Source of the DNA: Candidatus Poseidoniaceae archaeon | GTDB taxonomy: Archaea; Thermoplasmatota; Poseidoniia; Poseidoniales; Poseidoniaceae | Direction of reading: 5' to 3' | DNA length: 58,511 nucleotides | Assembly (NCBI GenBank): GCA_965662715.1 | Contig: CBFIIS010000004.1 | Coordinates: 1-58,511, forward strand | Made by a program: the position numbers and the translations under genes | Shown: one piece after another, positions 17,206 to 26,063 of the stretch | How positions within the stretch are numbered: the stretch's first letter is position 1 | Layout of the letters: the number at the start of each line of letters is the position of its first letter | The notes under the pieces: generated by a model | The model's input: only the letters and a program-made list of their open reading frames with translations | Told to the model about the DNA's origin: nothing | The model's database searches: none

Positions 17206-18711
17206 ATGAGTGAGGTCCCCGACGGTGTCACGCTTGCCTCGTTGGAACGCCGACCGCCTCGTCCAACTGCAACCATGACCATGACACGAGACGGGCCTGA
17301 TGGGGTCGAAGTGCTGCTTGGCCTCCGTTCATCCACCATGCGAGCCTTTCCTTCATACTGGGCATTTCCCGGCGGCGGCGTGTCAAGGGTCGATGCTGCT
17401 GCGGTTGAACAACTCCAAGGGCTTGAAGGGCCACAATCGAAGACCATCGCCTGTATTCTGAGGGAGATGAGCGAAGAGTTGGGCCTCGCTCCATCGAGCG
17501 AGGGATTGGTTGCCATCGCACCAGAGGTTCGTGCGGAAATCATCGCTGACAAAACACGATATCTTCAGCTTGCTTTAGACGGGCATGTCCCCCATGACCG
17601 AAGCAAATTGAAGGTGCTCTGTCATCGTATTACTCCGCCATTTGGACCAGTCCAGTTTGACAATGCCTTTCTTCACATTCATGCTGGTGAAGCAAACAGC
17701 ATGCCTGAAATTGATTTGGAGCCGCAAACAGAGTTTACAGAGATCATGTGGGCTAAGCCGAGCACGATATTGGAACGCTGGTCAAGGCATGAAATCAAAG
17801 TGGCACCGCCCGTTGTGACGTTGCTCATGGAGATCGACCGTGTCCTTCAGCGCACCAATGGTCGGATGGAAGAGGCGGCGAGCGACATTGCAAGTCGCCT
17901 CCCAGGTCGACGATCAATTCTCTTTGCTCATGGCGTGGAAGTCGTTCCGGTCAAAACAGCGACATTACCTCCTGCAGACCACACCAATGCTTACCTTGTC
18001 GGCGATCCGCACGGCGATTTTATCCTCGTTGACCCTGCAGCGCATCTACGAGAAGGCATGGAAGATTTAGCGACAGCTGTCGAACGACATCATGGTAACC
18101 TCGTCGCTCTTTTGTTCACCCACTCCCACGGAGATCACATCGGTGATATGGGTCTGCTTCGAGAGGCATTTGATGTCCCTATTTGGGGGAGTGAACATAC
18201 CAACAAGAGCGTCAAATGTGATCGGATTTTGAATGATGGTGACCAACTTACGCTCGGTTCAACAACCTGGGAGGTACTGATTACACCTGGCCATCATCCG
18301 GGCCATGTCTGCCTGTTAAGCGAGGCAGGGCTGATTGCTGGAGACATGGTTGCAGGAATTGGAACAATCTTGATCCCTCCTTATTCGGGTGACATGGCAG
18401 TTTACATTGAGCAACTTGAACGATTGAAACAACGTCAACCACATTTGTTATTCCCGTCTCATGGACCAGTAATTGCACAACCAACAAAGGTGTTCAATCG
18501 ATACATCAGTCATCGCAAGGCAAGGCATCAAAGGGTGCTTGAAGCCGTAGGTAAGGCTCAATCAATTCCCGAAATTGCAGCCTTGGCCTATGCCGATACC
18601 CCCGATGCCCATCCTGGATTAGCAGAAGACCAAACGCTGTCTCACTTGCTCACTCATGAAAAAGATGGAGCAGTCCAAAAATCAAAACATGGTTGGACAT
18701 TGAATGAATGA
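17206..18711 (+). CDS. Fusion protein: N-terminal NUDIX hydrolase domain plus C-terminal metallo-beta-lactamase-fold (LACTB2-like) hydrolase
   Basis: NUDIX: WAFPGGGV...ILREMSEELGL (Nudix box with an insertion). MBL: LLFTHSHGDHIGD (HxHxDH), ITPGHHPGH, LFPSHGP, then the C-terminal YISHRKARHQRVLEAV helix typical of LACTB2-like MBL proteins. Confidence 0.8.
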   Translation: MSEVPDGVTLASLERRPPRPTATMTMTRDGPDGVEVLLGLRSSTMRAFPSYWAFPGGGVSRVDAAAVEQLQGLEGPQSKTIACILREMSEELGLAPSSEGLVAIAPEVRAEIIADKTRYLQLALDGHVPHDRSKLKVLCHRITPPFGPVQFDNAFLHIHAGEANSMPEIDLEPQTEFTEIMWAKPSTILERWSRHEIKVAPPVVTLLMEIDRVLQRTNGRMEEAASDIASRLPGRRSILFAHGVEVVPVKTATLPPADHTNAYLVGDPHGDFILVDPAAHLREGMEDLATAVERHHGNLVALLFTHSHGDHIGDMGLLREAFDVPIWGSEHTNKSVKCDRILNDGDQLTLGSTTWEVLITPGHHPGHVCLLSEAGLIAGDMVAGIGTILIPPYSGDMAVYIEQLERLKQRQPHLLFPSHGPVIAQPTKVFNRYISHRKARHQRVLEAVGKAQSIPEIAALAYADTPDAHPGLAEDQTLSHLLTHEKDGAVQKSKHGWTLNE

Positions 18712-19771
18712 TACCGCAGGGTTCATTGAACAACAGCCATTGGCCAAAAGCATGCCTCGGCGAATTGTCCTCACAAAAGCAGGGGGCCCAAGCACCCTTG
18801 CAGTCATCCCCATGAAGATGCCTGAGCCAGAGGCAGGTGAACTTCGAATTGAAGTAGCGTACGCAGGCATCAATTTTGCCGACCTCTTGATGCGATTGGG
18901 ATTGTACCAACCAAGGCCAAAATACCCATTTACACCAGGCTATGAATTGAGCGGTGTTGTCGATGCTATTGGCGAGGGCGTGACTGGTTTTTCGATCGGT
19001 CAACGGGTTGTAGCCGCTCTCCCCAATGGGGGGCAGGCAAGCCATGTCATTGTCAATTCACAACGCGCATTACCGCTTCCTGATGATGTTGGTTTGGACG
19101 TTGCTGCATCGATTCCAGTGACCTATTTGACAGCACACCATATGCTTCATCATCTCGGTCATATGGAAAAAAATGACGCTGTTTTGATTCACGGAGGAGC
19201 AGGTGGCGTTGGGACTGCAGCGTTACAAATTTGCCAATGGGCTGGCGTTTCGAAGGTCTGGGCGACCGCATCTGGTCACAAGAGTTCAACCATCGAGGCC
19301 TTTGGGGGAATTGCCATAGACCGGCACAACGAGGATTTTGTTGAAGTCATAAAAAAAGCCACCAACAATGAGGGAGTCGACCATATTCTTGATCCAATTG
19401 GAGGCGATAACCTAAGCCGTTCACTCTCGGTGCTCAAGGAAGGAGGGCGCCTCTATACCTACGGCATGTCAGCAGCCGCGCCAACATCCAAGAGAAACCT
19501 CTTCCGTTCGTACTTAGCATGGCGAAAGACTCCAAAATTCGACCCCCTTCGATTAATGACACGAAACCGTGGAGTGTTTGGGGTTCACATGGGGACTTGG
19601 AAGGATGAAAAAGTGATGCTGAAACAGTTGCAGCGCATCCTCGAAGGCATCAACAGTGGAAGGCTTGCCCCAGTCATCGATTCAGTTTTTGATGCCGAGG
19701 ATGTTGCGAAGGCACACCAATATATCCATGATGGCAAGAATATTGGAAAGGTCTTACTCCGCTTCAAGTGA
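18704..19771 (+). CDS. Zinc-independent MDR-family quinone oxidoreductase / NADPH-dependent reductase
   Basis: GELRIEVAYAGINFADLLMRLGLY...PFTPGYELSGVV and the nucleotide-binding IHGGAGGVGTAALQI. Overlaps the upstream stop by 8 nt. Confidence 0.85.
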   Translation: MNDTAGFIEQQPLAKSMPRRIVLTKAGGPSTLAVIPMKMPEPEAGELRIEVAYAGINFADLLMRLGLYQPRPKYPFTPGYELSGVVDAIGEGVTGFSIGQRVVAALPNGGQASHVIVNSQRALPLPDDVGLDVAASIPVTYLTAHHMLHHLGHMEKNDAVLIHGGAGGVGTAALQICQWAGVSKVWATASGHKSSTIEAFGGIAIDRHNEDFVEVIKKATNNEGVDHILDPIGGDNLSRSLSVLKEGGRLYTYGMSAAAPTSKRNLFRSYLAWRKTPKFDPLRLMTRNRGVFGVHMGTWKDEKVMLKQLQRILEGINSGRLAPVIDSVFDAEDVAKAHQYIHDGKNIGKVLLRFK

Positions 19772-19814
19772 GCATTCAAGAAGCGTGAACATAACACAGT
19801 GGTGAGGGGAGCAG

Positions 19815-21986
19815 ATGAAAGCAACAATGTCCGGTTTCGATCTTCGCGCAGTGGCGCAAGAGCTGGACGAATTTGCTGGTGCGTACGTGAAAAAAGCGTA
19901 CATGCCTCATTATGAACAGATTGTGCTTCGAATTAATCCAAAAGAAAGTGATCAGTTTGACTTGGTGCTTGTGCGAGGTTCGAGAATTTACACATCTCAA
20001 CGGGACCGTCCGATGCCAATGACGCCCCCGCCCTTCGCTATGGTGCTTCGCAAGCATTTGAAGAATGCAAGAATGACTGCAGTCAGGCAGTTAGGGTTTG
20101 ATCGAGTGTTAGGCTTTGATTTTGACACAAAGCATGGCACATACCATTTGTACGTCGAAGTATTCAGAGATGGAAACATCATCCTCACAGATCAAGACGG
20201 TGTCATCATCCAACCTTTGACCCATGCCTCATACGCTGGCCGCACACTGAAAAAAGGGGTTGTGTACCAACCTCCTCCAGCAGCAATGGATCCTCATCAA
20301 CTTGACAAAGCAACACTTTCTGAATTATTTTCAACATCTGACAGAGACCTCGTTTCAACCCTTGGCGGGAAAGCCAATCTTGGCGGCACTCATGCGAATG
20401 CTGTCTGTGATTTAGCAGGTCTTGAACCAAACATGGCCACACAAGATGCGCCTGTTGAAGACGTGCATGTCGCGTTGCAAACACTGCTGAGCAATTTAGC
20501 CGAAACACGTCAAGGGATCCTCTTGATGAAACCCACTGAAGAAAAAGACGTCCTAAACCTAGAACGTGAGGCAGGGGAAATGGAAGCAAATGGATTGCGT
20601 GATCGTTTCTTTGAGCTACACGCCTCAGAGGCAACGCCAACATTGCTTCCCTCGCATGAAGGCATGGCCCAAGCAATGTTCCCAACACTTTGTGAGGCTG
20701 TTGACGCTTGGAAGGGCGCTCATGATGCTGGAGCACTCGCTCGCAGGGAGGCTGAGAAATTGGATATTGCCGCTCCTGGAAGAGGTCACTCCACTGATGT
20801 GGAGCGGCTCGAGCGAAGAAAAGTCCAACAAGAAAAGGCGCTTGAGGGCTTTTCGAAAAAGATTGAGAAACAGCAAATGCTTGGCCATATCATTCAAAAT
20901 AATTGGACGCATGTGGAAAGCCTGCTCAAACAGGTCACAGAAGCGATTGAAACGATGGGGTGGAAGGAAGTCAAGTCCATGGCAAAGGCCATTCCTTGGA
21001 TTGTGTCACTCAATCCAGCAGAGCGAAGTTTCCTCAGCGTCCTCCCCGATGAAGATGGAGAACCAAAAGGGCCTCAAGCCACACTTTCTATCGACGAGAC
21101 CGTCCATCAAAACGCCCAACGGTACTTCGAATCTGCTCGAAAGCAGAAGGACAAAACAAAGGGTGCTGTCGATGCTTTAGAGGACACAATGCTTCAGCTT
21201 CAGCGTGCTCAAAAGAAAGAGGCAAAGCAACAAGCCAGCGGCAAATTGAACAAAATAAAACGCAGCAAGCGACTCTGGTTTGAGCATCACCGTTGGAGCA
21301 TGGTCACTGGAGGGCACTTGCTCGTTGGAGGAAAGGACGCCAAAGGAAATGATTCGATTGTCAAGAAGCACTTGTCCGGTGAAGACCGATACCTGCACGC
21401 AGATTTGCATGGTGCACCAAGTTGTAGCTTGAGGGCAACCCAGGGCTTTGTTGTTGATCAACACAAACCTGCCCATATCCCCGAAGATGTTCCAGCGTTC
21501 AGGATCGTCGACAAGCTTGGAGACGAGCGAATCACCGATGAAAAGTTGCTCGAAGCTGCTTCGATGGCGTTGTGTTGGAGCCGAGCATGGGCTGGGGGCG
21601 GGGCACACGGAACCGTCTATTCGGTCAAACCTGCTCAGGTTTCTAAAACGGCGCAAACCGGTGAGTTTGTTGGCAAGGGTTCGTTTATTGTTCGTGGCCA
21701 ACGCCAGTGGTTCAAAGACCTCGATGTTCAAATTGGCATTGGGATTGTGGCTGTAAACGGAGTGCCGCTCTTGATGGGGGGGCGTCCAGAAACCATCGCT
21801 AGGACGTGTCAAAGGTATGCAATCCTTCGACCAGGACTGACCAAAAAGGAACAATTGGCCAATCGCATCTACAAGAACACCGGCCTTGTCACAGACGATG
21901 TGTTACCGGTCTTACCGGGTGCATCCGATATTTTGGAAGATCATGGGATTTTTTCGCCTCCAGCATCACTCGCTGAAGAGGAATAA
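19815..21986 (+). CDS. NFACT-family protein (Rqc2/FbpA homologue; ribosome-associated quality control)
   Basis: 723 aa. NFACT-N start (MSGFDLRAVAQELDE...), a long coiled middle, and an NFACT-R/DUF814 block (WFEHHRW..VTGGHLLVGGKDAKGND..VKKHL...RYLHADLHGAPSCSLRA). GGTGAGGGGA box upstream. Confidence 0.85.
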   Translation: MKATMSGFDLRAVAQELDEFAGAYVKKAYMPHYEQIVLRINPKESDQFDLVLVRGSRIYTSQRDRPMPMTPPPFAMVLRKHLKNARMTAVRQLGFDRVLGFDFDTKHGTYHLYVEVFRDGNIILTDQDGVIIQPLTHASYAGRTLKKGVVYQPPPAAMDPHQLDKATLSELFSTSDRDLVSTLGGKANLGGTHANAVCDLAGLEPNMATQDAPVEDVHVALQTLLSNLAETRQGILLMKPTEEKDVLNLEREAGEMEANGLRDRFFELHASEATPTLLPSHEGMAQAMFPTLCEAVDAWKGAHDAGALARREAEKLDIAAPGRGHSTDVERLERRKVQQEKALEGFSKKIEKQQMLGHIIQNNWTHVESLLKQVTEAIETMGWKEVKSMAKAIPWIVSLNPAERSFLSVLPDEDGEPKGPQATLSIDETVHQNAQRYFESARKQKDKTKGAVDALEDTMLQLQRAQKKEAKQQASGKLNKIKRSKRLWFEHHRWSMVTGGHLLVGGKDAKGNDSIVKKHLSGEDRYLHADLHGAPSCSLRATQGFVVDQHKPAHIPEDVPAFRIVDKLGDERITDEKLLEAASMALCWSRAWAGGGAHGTVYSVKPAQVSKTAQTGEFVGKGSFIVRGQRQWFKDLDVQIGIGIVAVNGVPLLMGGRPETIARTCQRYAILRPGLTKKEQLANRIYKNTGLVTDDVLPVLPGASDILEDHGIFSPPASLAEEE

Positions 21987-21996
21987 AACCGCCCGA

Positions 21997-23658
21997 TTAT
22001 TTGCCTCTGCCAGAACGCTTGAATCCGCCCTTTGAAGGCCTGTTATTCCTGTTTGCTTGGCTCTTGCCATAGCCTTTCTTCGAATTCTTGGAGGGTTTGT
22101 ATGTCTGTCCTCGGGCTTCGCCTCTGTAGCCCTTTGAAGATCCACTTGATCCTCGATCATTTGACCTCGAATCATTGCCGCCGTTTCGACCACCACGGTA
22201 GCCTCCGCCACCACTGCGTCCACCGCCGCTGTCATTGTTACGACCGCCGCCACGGTAGCCTCCGCCACCACTGCGTCCACCGCCGCCGCTTCGACCTCCG
22301 CCACGGTAGCCTCCGCCACCGCCGCTGCGTCCGCCGCCTCGGTATCCACCGCCGCCTCGACCACCGCCACGGTAACCGCCGCCGCCTCTGCCGCCACCAC
22401 GGTAGCCTCCGCCACCGCTACTGCGTCCACCGCCACCGTAGCCACCACGGCCACCGCCGCTTCGACCACCGCCGCCATAGCCACCTCTGTTTTGCTCACG
22501 TGAACGGCGATCAGCCGCAATGTAAACAACTTCAAATTCTGGAAGCACTGAAAATTCAGGAGGCATAAATTCAACGTTGATGCCTACATTTTTTTGGATA
22601 CGAACATAGGAGCGTTTCTGAGGTCGTTGAACAAGTGAAACCACGACACCTGAGGCGCCACCTCGGGCTGTTCGTCCGCTTCGGTGCTTGTACGCTTTAC
22701 CGTTTTCAGGAGGATCGTAATGAATCACACAATTCACGCCAGCGACGTCGATACCACGTGCTGCGACATCTGTAGCGACCAACGCCATGCATTCGCCGTG
22801 CTGGAAACGTTCCATGGCTCTGTCACGACCGCGTTGGGTCAATCCACCATGGAGAGTTTGTACCGCTAGGCCGTCATAGGTAAGATCGTCACCAACTCGA
22901 TCGACACCTGCTCGAGTTCGACAAAAGACAATCGTTCGACCACACTTTCGTATAAGTTCCGATGTGATGTCTGGTTTCTTGGAGTTTGGCATCAACCAAA
23001 AGTGGTGAGTCATGCTCTCCATACTCACTTCTTTTGGTCCGACTTCGATGGTGACTGGATCGGTTTGGTAATCACGGACCAGATCAGCAACCTCATCATC
23101 AAGTGTGGCGCTAAAGAGAATTGTTTGTCGGTCCTTTTGACACGCATCAAGGATTTGACAAACCGGTTCCATGAACCCCATATCAGCCATTCGATCTGCT
23201 TCATCAAGCACAACAACCGAAACATCGTCAAGAGTCAACGAGCCTCGCTCCATCAAATCGATCAAGCGACCCGGGCATGCCACAAGCACATCGACACCAC
23301 GGTCGAGTGCACGGAATTGCTTCTGGTAGGAAACACCGCCATACATCGCTTCAACATACAATTTCAGATCGTATGCTAGCGGATCGAGAACTTTGTAAAT
23401 TTGCTCTGCCAATTCCCGTGTCGGTGTGAGAATGAGCGAGGTGGGTCGACGGGGTTCTGCTTCCGTGGTTCGAGAAAGGAGTGGCAGACCAAATGCGAGG
23501 GTCTTACCCGAGCCAGTTGGGGCTCTGCAACATACATCTCTTCCAAGCATGGCATCAGGAATTGACTCACGCTGAACCTCAAATGGCTCGAGGATGCCTT
23601 GTGTCTTTAGAGCATTCACCAAAATTGGCTCAATACCCAAATCACTGAACGACACCAT
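21997..23658 (-). CDS. DEAD-box ATP-dependent RNA helicase with a roughly 170-aa C-terminal RGG/GYR low-complexity tail
   Basis: Q-motif region FSDLGIEPILVNAL...PFEVQ, APTGSGKT, VLDEADRM, SAT, HRSGRTARGG. The ATG at 23658 (MVSFSDLGI...) is preferred over the upstream 23724 start. Confidence 0.9.
   Translation of the reverse strand: MVSFSDLGIEPILVNALKTQGILEPFEVQRESIPDAMLGRDVCCRAPTGSGKTLAFGLPLLSRTTEAEPRRPTSLILTPTRELAEQIYKVLDPLAYDLKLYVEAMYGGVSYQKQFRALDRGVDVLVACPGRLIDLMERGSLTLDDVSVVVLDEADRMADMGFMEPVCQILDACQKDRQTILFSATLDDEVADLVRDYQTDPVTIEVGPKEVSMESMTHHFWLMPNSKKPDITSELIRKCGRTIVFCRTRAGVDRVGDDLTYDGLAVQTLHGGLTQRGRDRAMERFQHGECMALVATDVAARGIDVAGVNCVIHYDPPENGKAYKHRSGRTARGGASGVVVSLVQRPQKRSYVRIQKNVGINVEFMPPEFSVLPEFEVVYIAADRRSREQNRGGYGGGGRSGGGRGGYGGGGRSSGGGGYRGGGRGGGGYRGGGRGGGGYRGGGRSGGGGGYRGGGRSGGGGRSGGGGYRGGGRNNDSGGGRSGGGGYRGGRNGGNDSRSNDRGSSGSSKGYRGEARGQTYKPSKNSKKGYGKSQANRNNRPSKGGFKRSGRGK
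22177..22488 (-). repeat. In-frame GC-rich tandem repeats encoding (G)nYRGGGR / GGRSGGGG units
   Basis: GGYGGGGRSGGGRGGYGGGGRSSGGGGYRGGGRGGGGYRGGGRGGGGYRGGGRSGGGGGYRGGGRSGGGGRSGGGGYRGGGR... The DNA shows reiterated ccgccacggtagcctccgccacc units. Confidence 0.9.
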
Positions 23659-23744
23659 ACACGCACCCCATTCGGACCCGCCGTCCGACCCTATTTGAAA
23701 CCCCCAGTTGGAATAATCGACCATATTGGCGGCTCAATCAATAT

Positions 23745-24938
23745 TCAAGCGCGCCGAACAAGCATTGCAACTGCATTACCTCCGCCGAGACAAAGTGTTA
23801 CGATTCCACTTGTTGCTTCAACCCGACGCATGACACCAAGCATGGTGATGAGGCAACGTGTGCCGCTTGCTCCCAGAGGGTGACCCAAACTTACTGCTCC
23901 TCCATGGAGATTGAAGCGATCATCTGGGATGTTCAGTTCCTGTGCGACCGCACAAGAGGCTGAAGCGAAGGCTTCGTTGTGTTCGTAGACATCGACATCG
24001 AGCACATCCAAGTTGTTGCGTTCAAGCAGCATGTCCACTGCTGTAATCGGTGCGCTCATCACACGGGCGGGTTCGACCCCGCTCGTGCAGTAGTCTTCGA
24101 CATAACCCAGAATATCCCATCCTTGTTGTCGAGCGTAATCTGCCTCAGCAAGAAGGACTGCACTTGCACCATCATTGAGGGTGCTTGCATTTCCTGCGGT
24201 CACTTGGCCTCCCTTTTTGAAGACTGGACGAAGGCCTGCAAGTGAGGCTGCAGTGGTTGATGAACGAACGCCTTCATCAGAATTGAACAAGACTGGATCA
24301 CCTCTGCGTTGTGGAATTTCAACTGTGAACATTTCCCAATCAAACCACCCATTTGCTTGTGCTGTCGATGCTCGCTGTTGGCTTCTTGCAGCATAAGCAT
24401 CCGAGGCTTCTCGGGTGATGTTGCATTCTTCTGCAATTGTTTCTCCAGTTGTGCCCATGTGCACATCATTGTAGCCATCCCACAATCCATCATGAATCAT
24501 TGAATCGATCAGCGTTGAATCCCCCATCTTTGAGCCCTTACGGTGATTTTTCAACAGGTGTGGTGCATTTGACATGCTCTCCATGCCACCTGCAACGATC
24601 GCTTTGTATTCCCCAGCCCGAATGCTGTTGGCTGCCAACATTGCCGCTTTCAGCGAACTTCCACAGACCTTGTTGATGGTGACCGAAGGAGTGGAGTATG
24701 GCAGGTGTGCTCCAAGGGCGACTTGTCTGGCAGGGTTTTGGCCAGCACCAGCTTGGAGGACTTGGCCAAAAATCACTTCATCAATGATTCCAGATGCGGG
24801 ATCAATCCCTGCACGTTGACATAGTTCCTTGACCGTGAGAATTCCTAATTCCACAGCGGTAAAGCCTGAAAGCGAGCCCATGAATTTACCAATAGGGGTT
24901 CGAGCAACGGCACAAATGGCGACCTTGGGCTGTGGCAT
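23745..24938 (-). CDS. Acetyl-CoA C-acetyltransferase (thiolase II)
   Basis: NKVCGSSLKA (active Cys), NEAFASA, GGAVSLGHPLGASG, CLGGGNAVAM. 397 aa, full length. Confidence 0.95.
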   Translation of the reverse strand: MPQPKVAICAVARTPIGKFMGSLSGFTAVELGILTVKELCQRAGIDPASGIIDEVIFGQVLQAGAGQNPARQVALGAHLPYSTPSVTINKVCGSSLKAAMLAANSIRAGEYKAIVAGGMESMSNAPHLLKNHRKGSKMGDSTLIDSMIHDGLWDGYNDVHMGTTGETIAEECNITREASDAYAARSQQRASTAQANGWFDWEMFTVEIPQRRGDPVLFNSDEGVRSSTTAASLAGLRPVFKKGGQVTAGNASTLNDGASAVLLAEADYARQQGWDILGYVEDYCTSGVEPARVMSAPITAVDMLLERNNLDVLDVDVYEHNEAFASASCAVAQELNIPDDRFNLHGGAVSLGHPLGASGTRCLITMLGVMRRVEATSGIVTLCLGGGNAVAMLVRRA

Positions 24939-25035
24939 GGCCGACCTAATGGTGCACTATTCTTGAATGTGCGCGCCCCTTTTTTTACGCTAAAATGAGG
25001 AGAAGCCTTGATGAAGAGAAGGTGCTGGCCAATGC

Positions 25036-25860
25036 ATGGCGAAATTCAAGACTGGATTCACAACAGACCGAGAAGCGAACGAAATGCGACATATCGAAGT
25101 CGAGATTGACTTCACACCAAACGCACTTGCTTCAATCCTTTATCGGCAAGGTGACACCGTTATCCTCGCATGCTGCACCAAAGAAGCACGTTTACCAGGT
25201 TGGTTCCCCCGTGACTCAACAAAAGGCTGGGTTCACGCTGAATACTCACTCTTACCAGGTTCTACTGATTCGAGGTTCCGACGAGAACGGCGCGGTGCAA
25301 AAGGACGCACACAAGAAATTGAACGTCTCATTGCACGTTCCCTACGAGCTGCGGTTGATCTTGAAGCACTCGGACCGGTCGCACTCAATGTTGATTGTGA
25401 TGTTCTGAATGCAGATGGCGGCACTCGATGTGCATCGATCACTGCAGCAAACATCGCCCTTCGGCTTGCTGTTCGTCGCCTCATTGCACGAGGTGATTGC
25501 CTGCCGATGGACATGCGCCCAACCGAAGATGACCGAAGAAATGGATGGACTGCTCCATCACTGTCTGAAGCTGAACGAAGCAACCACGAAAAGGCTGTGA
25601 TTCCACACGACTTGGCAGCCATCTCAGTTGGATTGATCGATGGTGAAGTCTACCTCGACCTGGACTATGTCCTTGATTCAAATGCTGATGTCGACATGAA
25701 TGTCGTCAAAACCGCAGACGGAAAATATGTTGAAATCCAAGGCACTGGTGAAGAATCGACCTTTTCCGGTGATGAACTCGTTGCTCTTCTGGCACGAGCA
25801 GATGGAGGACTTGAGGCACTCTTTGATGCGCAAGTCGCCATCCTCGATGGCATCGAGTGA
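25036..25860 (+). CDS. rph: Ribonuclease PH
   Basis: ASILYRQGDTVILACC, WVHAEYSLLPGST..R..RE...GR.QEIERLIARSLRA, CDVLNADGGTRCASITAANIAL. Confidence 0.9.
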   Translation: MAKFKTGFTTDREANEMRHIEVEIDFTPNALASILYRQGDTVILACCTKEARLPGWFPRDSTKGWVHAEYSLLPGSTDSRFRRERRGAKGRTQEIERLIARSLRAAVDLEALGPVALNVDCDVLNADGGTRCASITAANIALRLAVRRLIARGDCLPMDMRPTEDDRRNGWTAPSLSEAERSNHEKAVIPHDLAAISVGLIDGEVYLDLDYVLDSNADVDMNVVKTADGKYVEIQGTGEESTFSGDELVALLARADGGLEALFDAQVAILDGIE

Positions 25861-25883
25861 GGCATAGCGTTCGGGCGGAAGCC

Positions 25884-25890
25884 TTGATAT
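25884..25890 (+). promoter_or_regulatory. TATA-like box upstream of tRNA-Phe
   Basis: TTGATAT is centred about 29 nt upstream of the mature tRNA 5' end, consistent with archaeal TATA spacing. Confidence 0.25.
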
Positions 25891-25915
25891 GGCAGGGGTC
25901 ATCGCCAAGTTGCAC

Positions 25916-25988
25916 GGGTCAGTAGCTTAGTTGGGAGAGCGCGGCACTGAAGATGCCGAGGTCGCTGGTTCAAGTCCGGCCTGACCCA
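25916..25988 (+). tRNA. tRNA-Phe (anticodon GAA), CCA not fully encoded
   Basis: Hand-folded from GGGTCAGTAGCTTAGTTGGGAGAGCGCGGCACTGAAGATGCCGAGGTCGCTGGTTCAAGTCCGGCCTGACCCA. Acceptor GGGTCAG/CTGACCC, anticodon stem CGGCA/TGCCG, loop CTGAAGA (G at position 37), T-loop TTCAAGT. Confidence 0.9.
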
Positions 25989-26063
25989 CCTCGACGCCAT
26001 ATCAGCGAAAGCTGTAACAAAACATTTACCTCGAATTTTGCCTTGAAAACCAACATTGTCCGA

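Noticed and set aside
16923-17552. 209-aa minus-strand ORF
   Set aside because: Positions 17206-17552 are antisense to the well-supported NUDIX-MBL gene and have an Ala/Arg/Ser/Pro-biased composition typical of shadow ORFs. I retained only the last 65 codons, as a low-confidence small gene.
20206-21854. 176-aa and 225-aa minus-strand ORFs, plus plus-strand alternative-frame ORFs, inside the NFACT gene
   Set aside because: They are nested in and antisense to (or out of frame with) a full-length NFACT ORF that has conserved N- and C-terminal blocks. Their composition is not protein-like.
22177-22488. Tandem DNA repeats that could superficially suggest a CRISPR-like array; also 33566-33748
   Set aside because: The repeats are short, contiguous, in-frame coding units (RGG and GWNQQ) with no unique spacers, and no cas genes are nearby.
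21966-22574. 202-aa (minus) and 178-aa (plus, 22032-22568) ORFs over the RGG repeat
   Set aside because: These are frame-shifted or antisense readings of the GC-rich repeat (poly-Ala/Val or His/Arg/Cys strings). The helicase frame is continuous with the conserved core.
23659-23724. 22-codon N-terminal extension of the DEAD-box helicase
   Set aside because: The conserved Q-motif region begins right after the ATG at 23658 (MVSFSDLGI...). The extension (MVDYSNWGFQIGSDGGSEWGAC) has no counterpart in the family. I cannot exclude it without an alignment.
25953-26063. The track ORF start for the 755-aa membrane protein
   Set aside because: This ATG lies inside the tRNA-Phe gene (25916-25988). The N-terminal 37-52 residues are not protein-like, so a downstream ATG (26064 or 26109) is more plausible.
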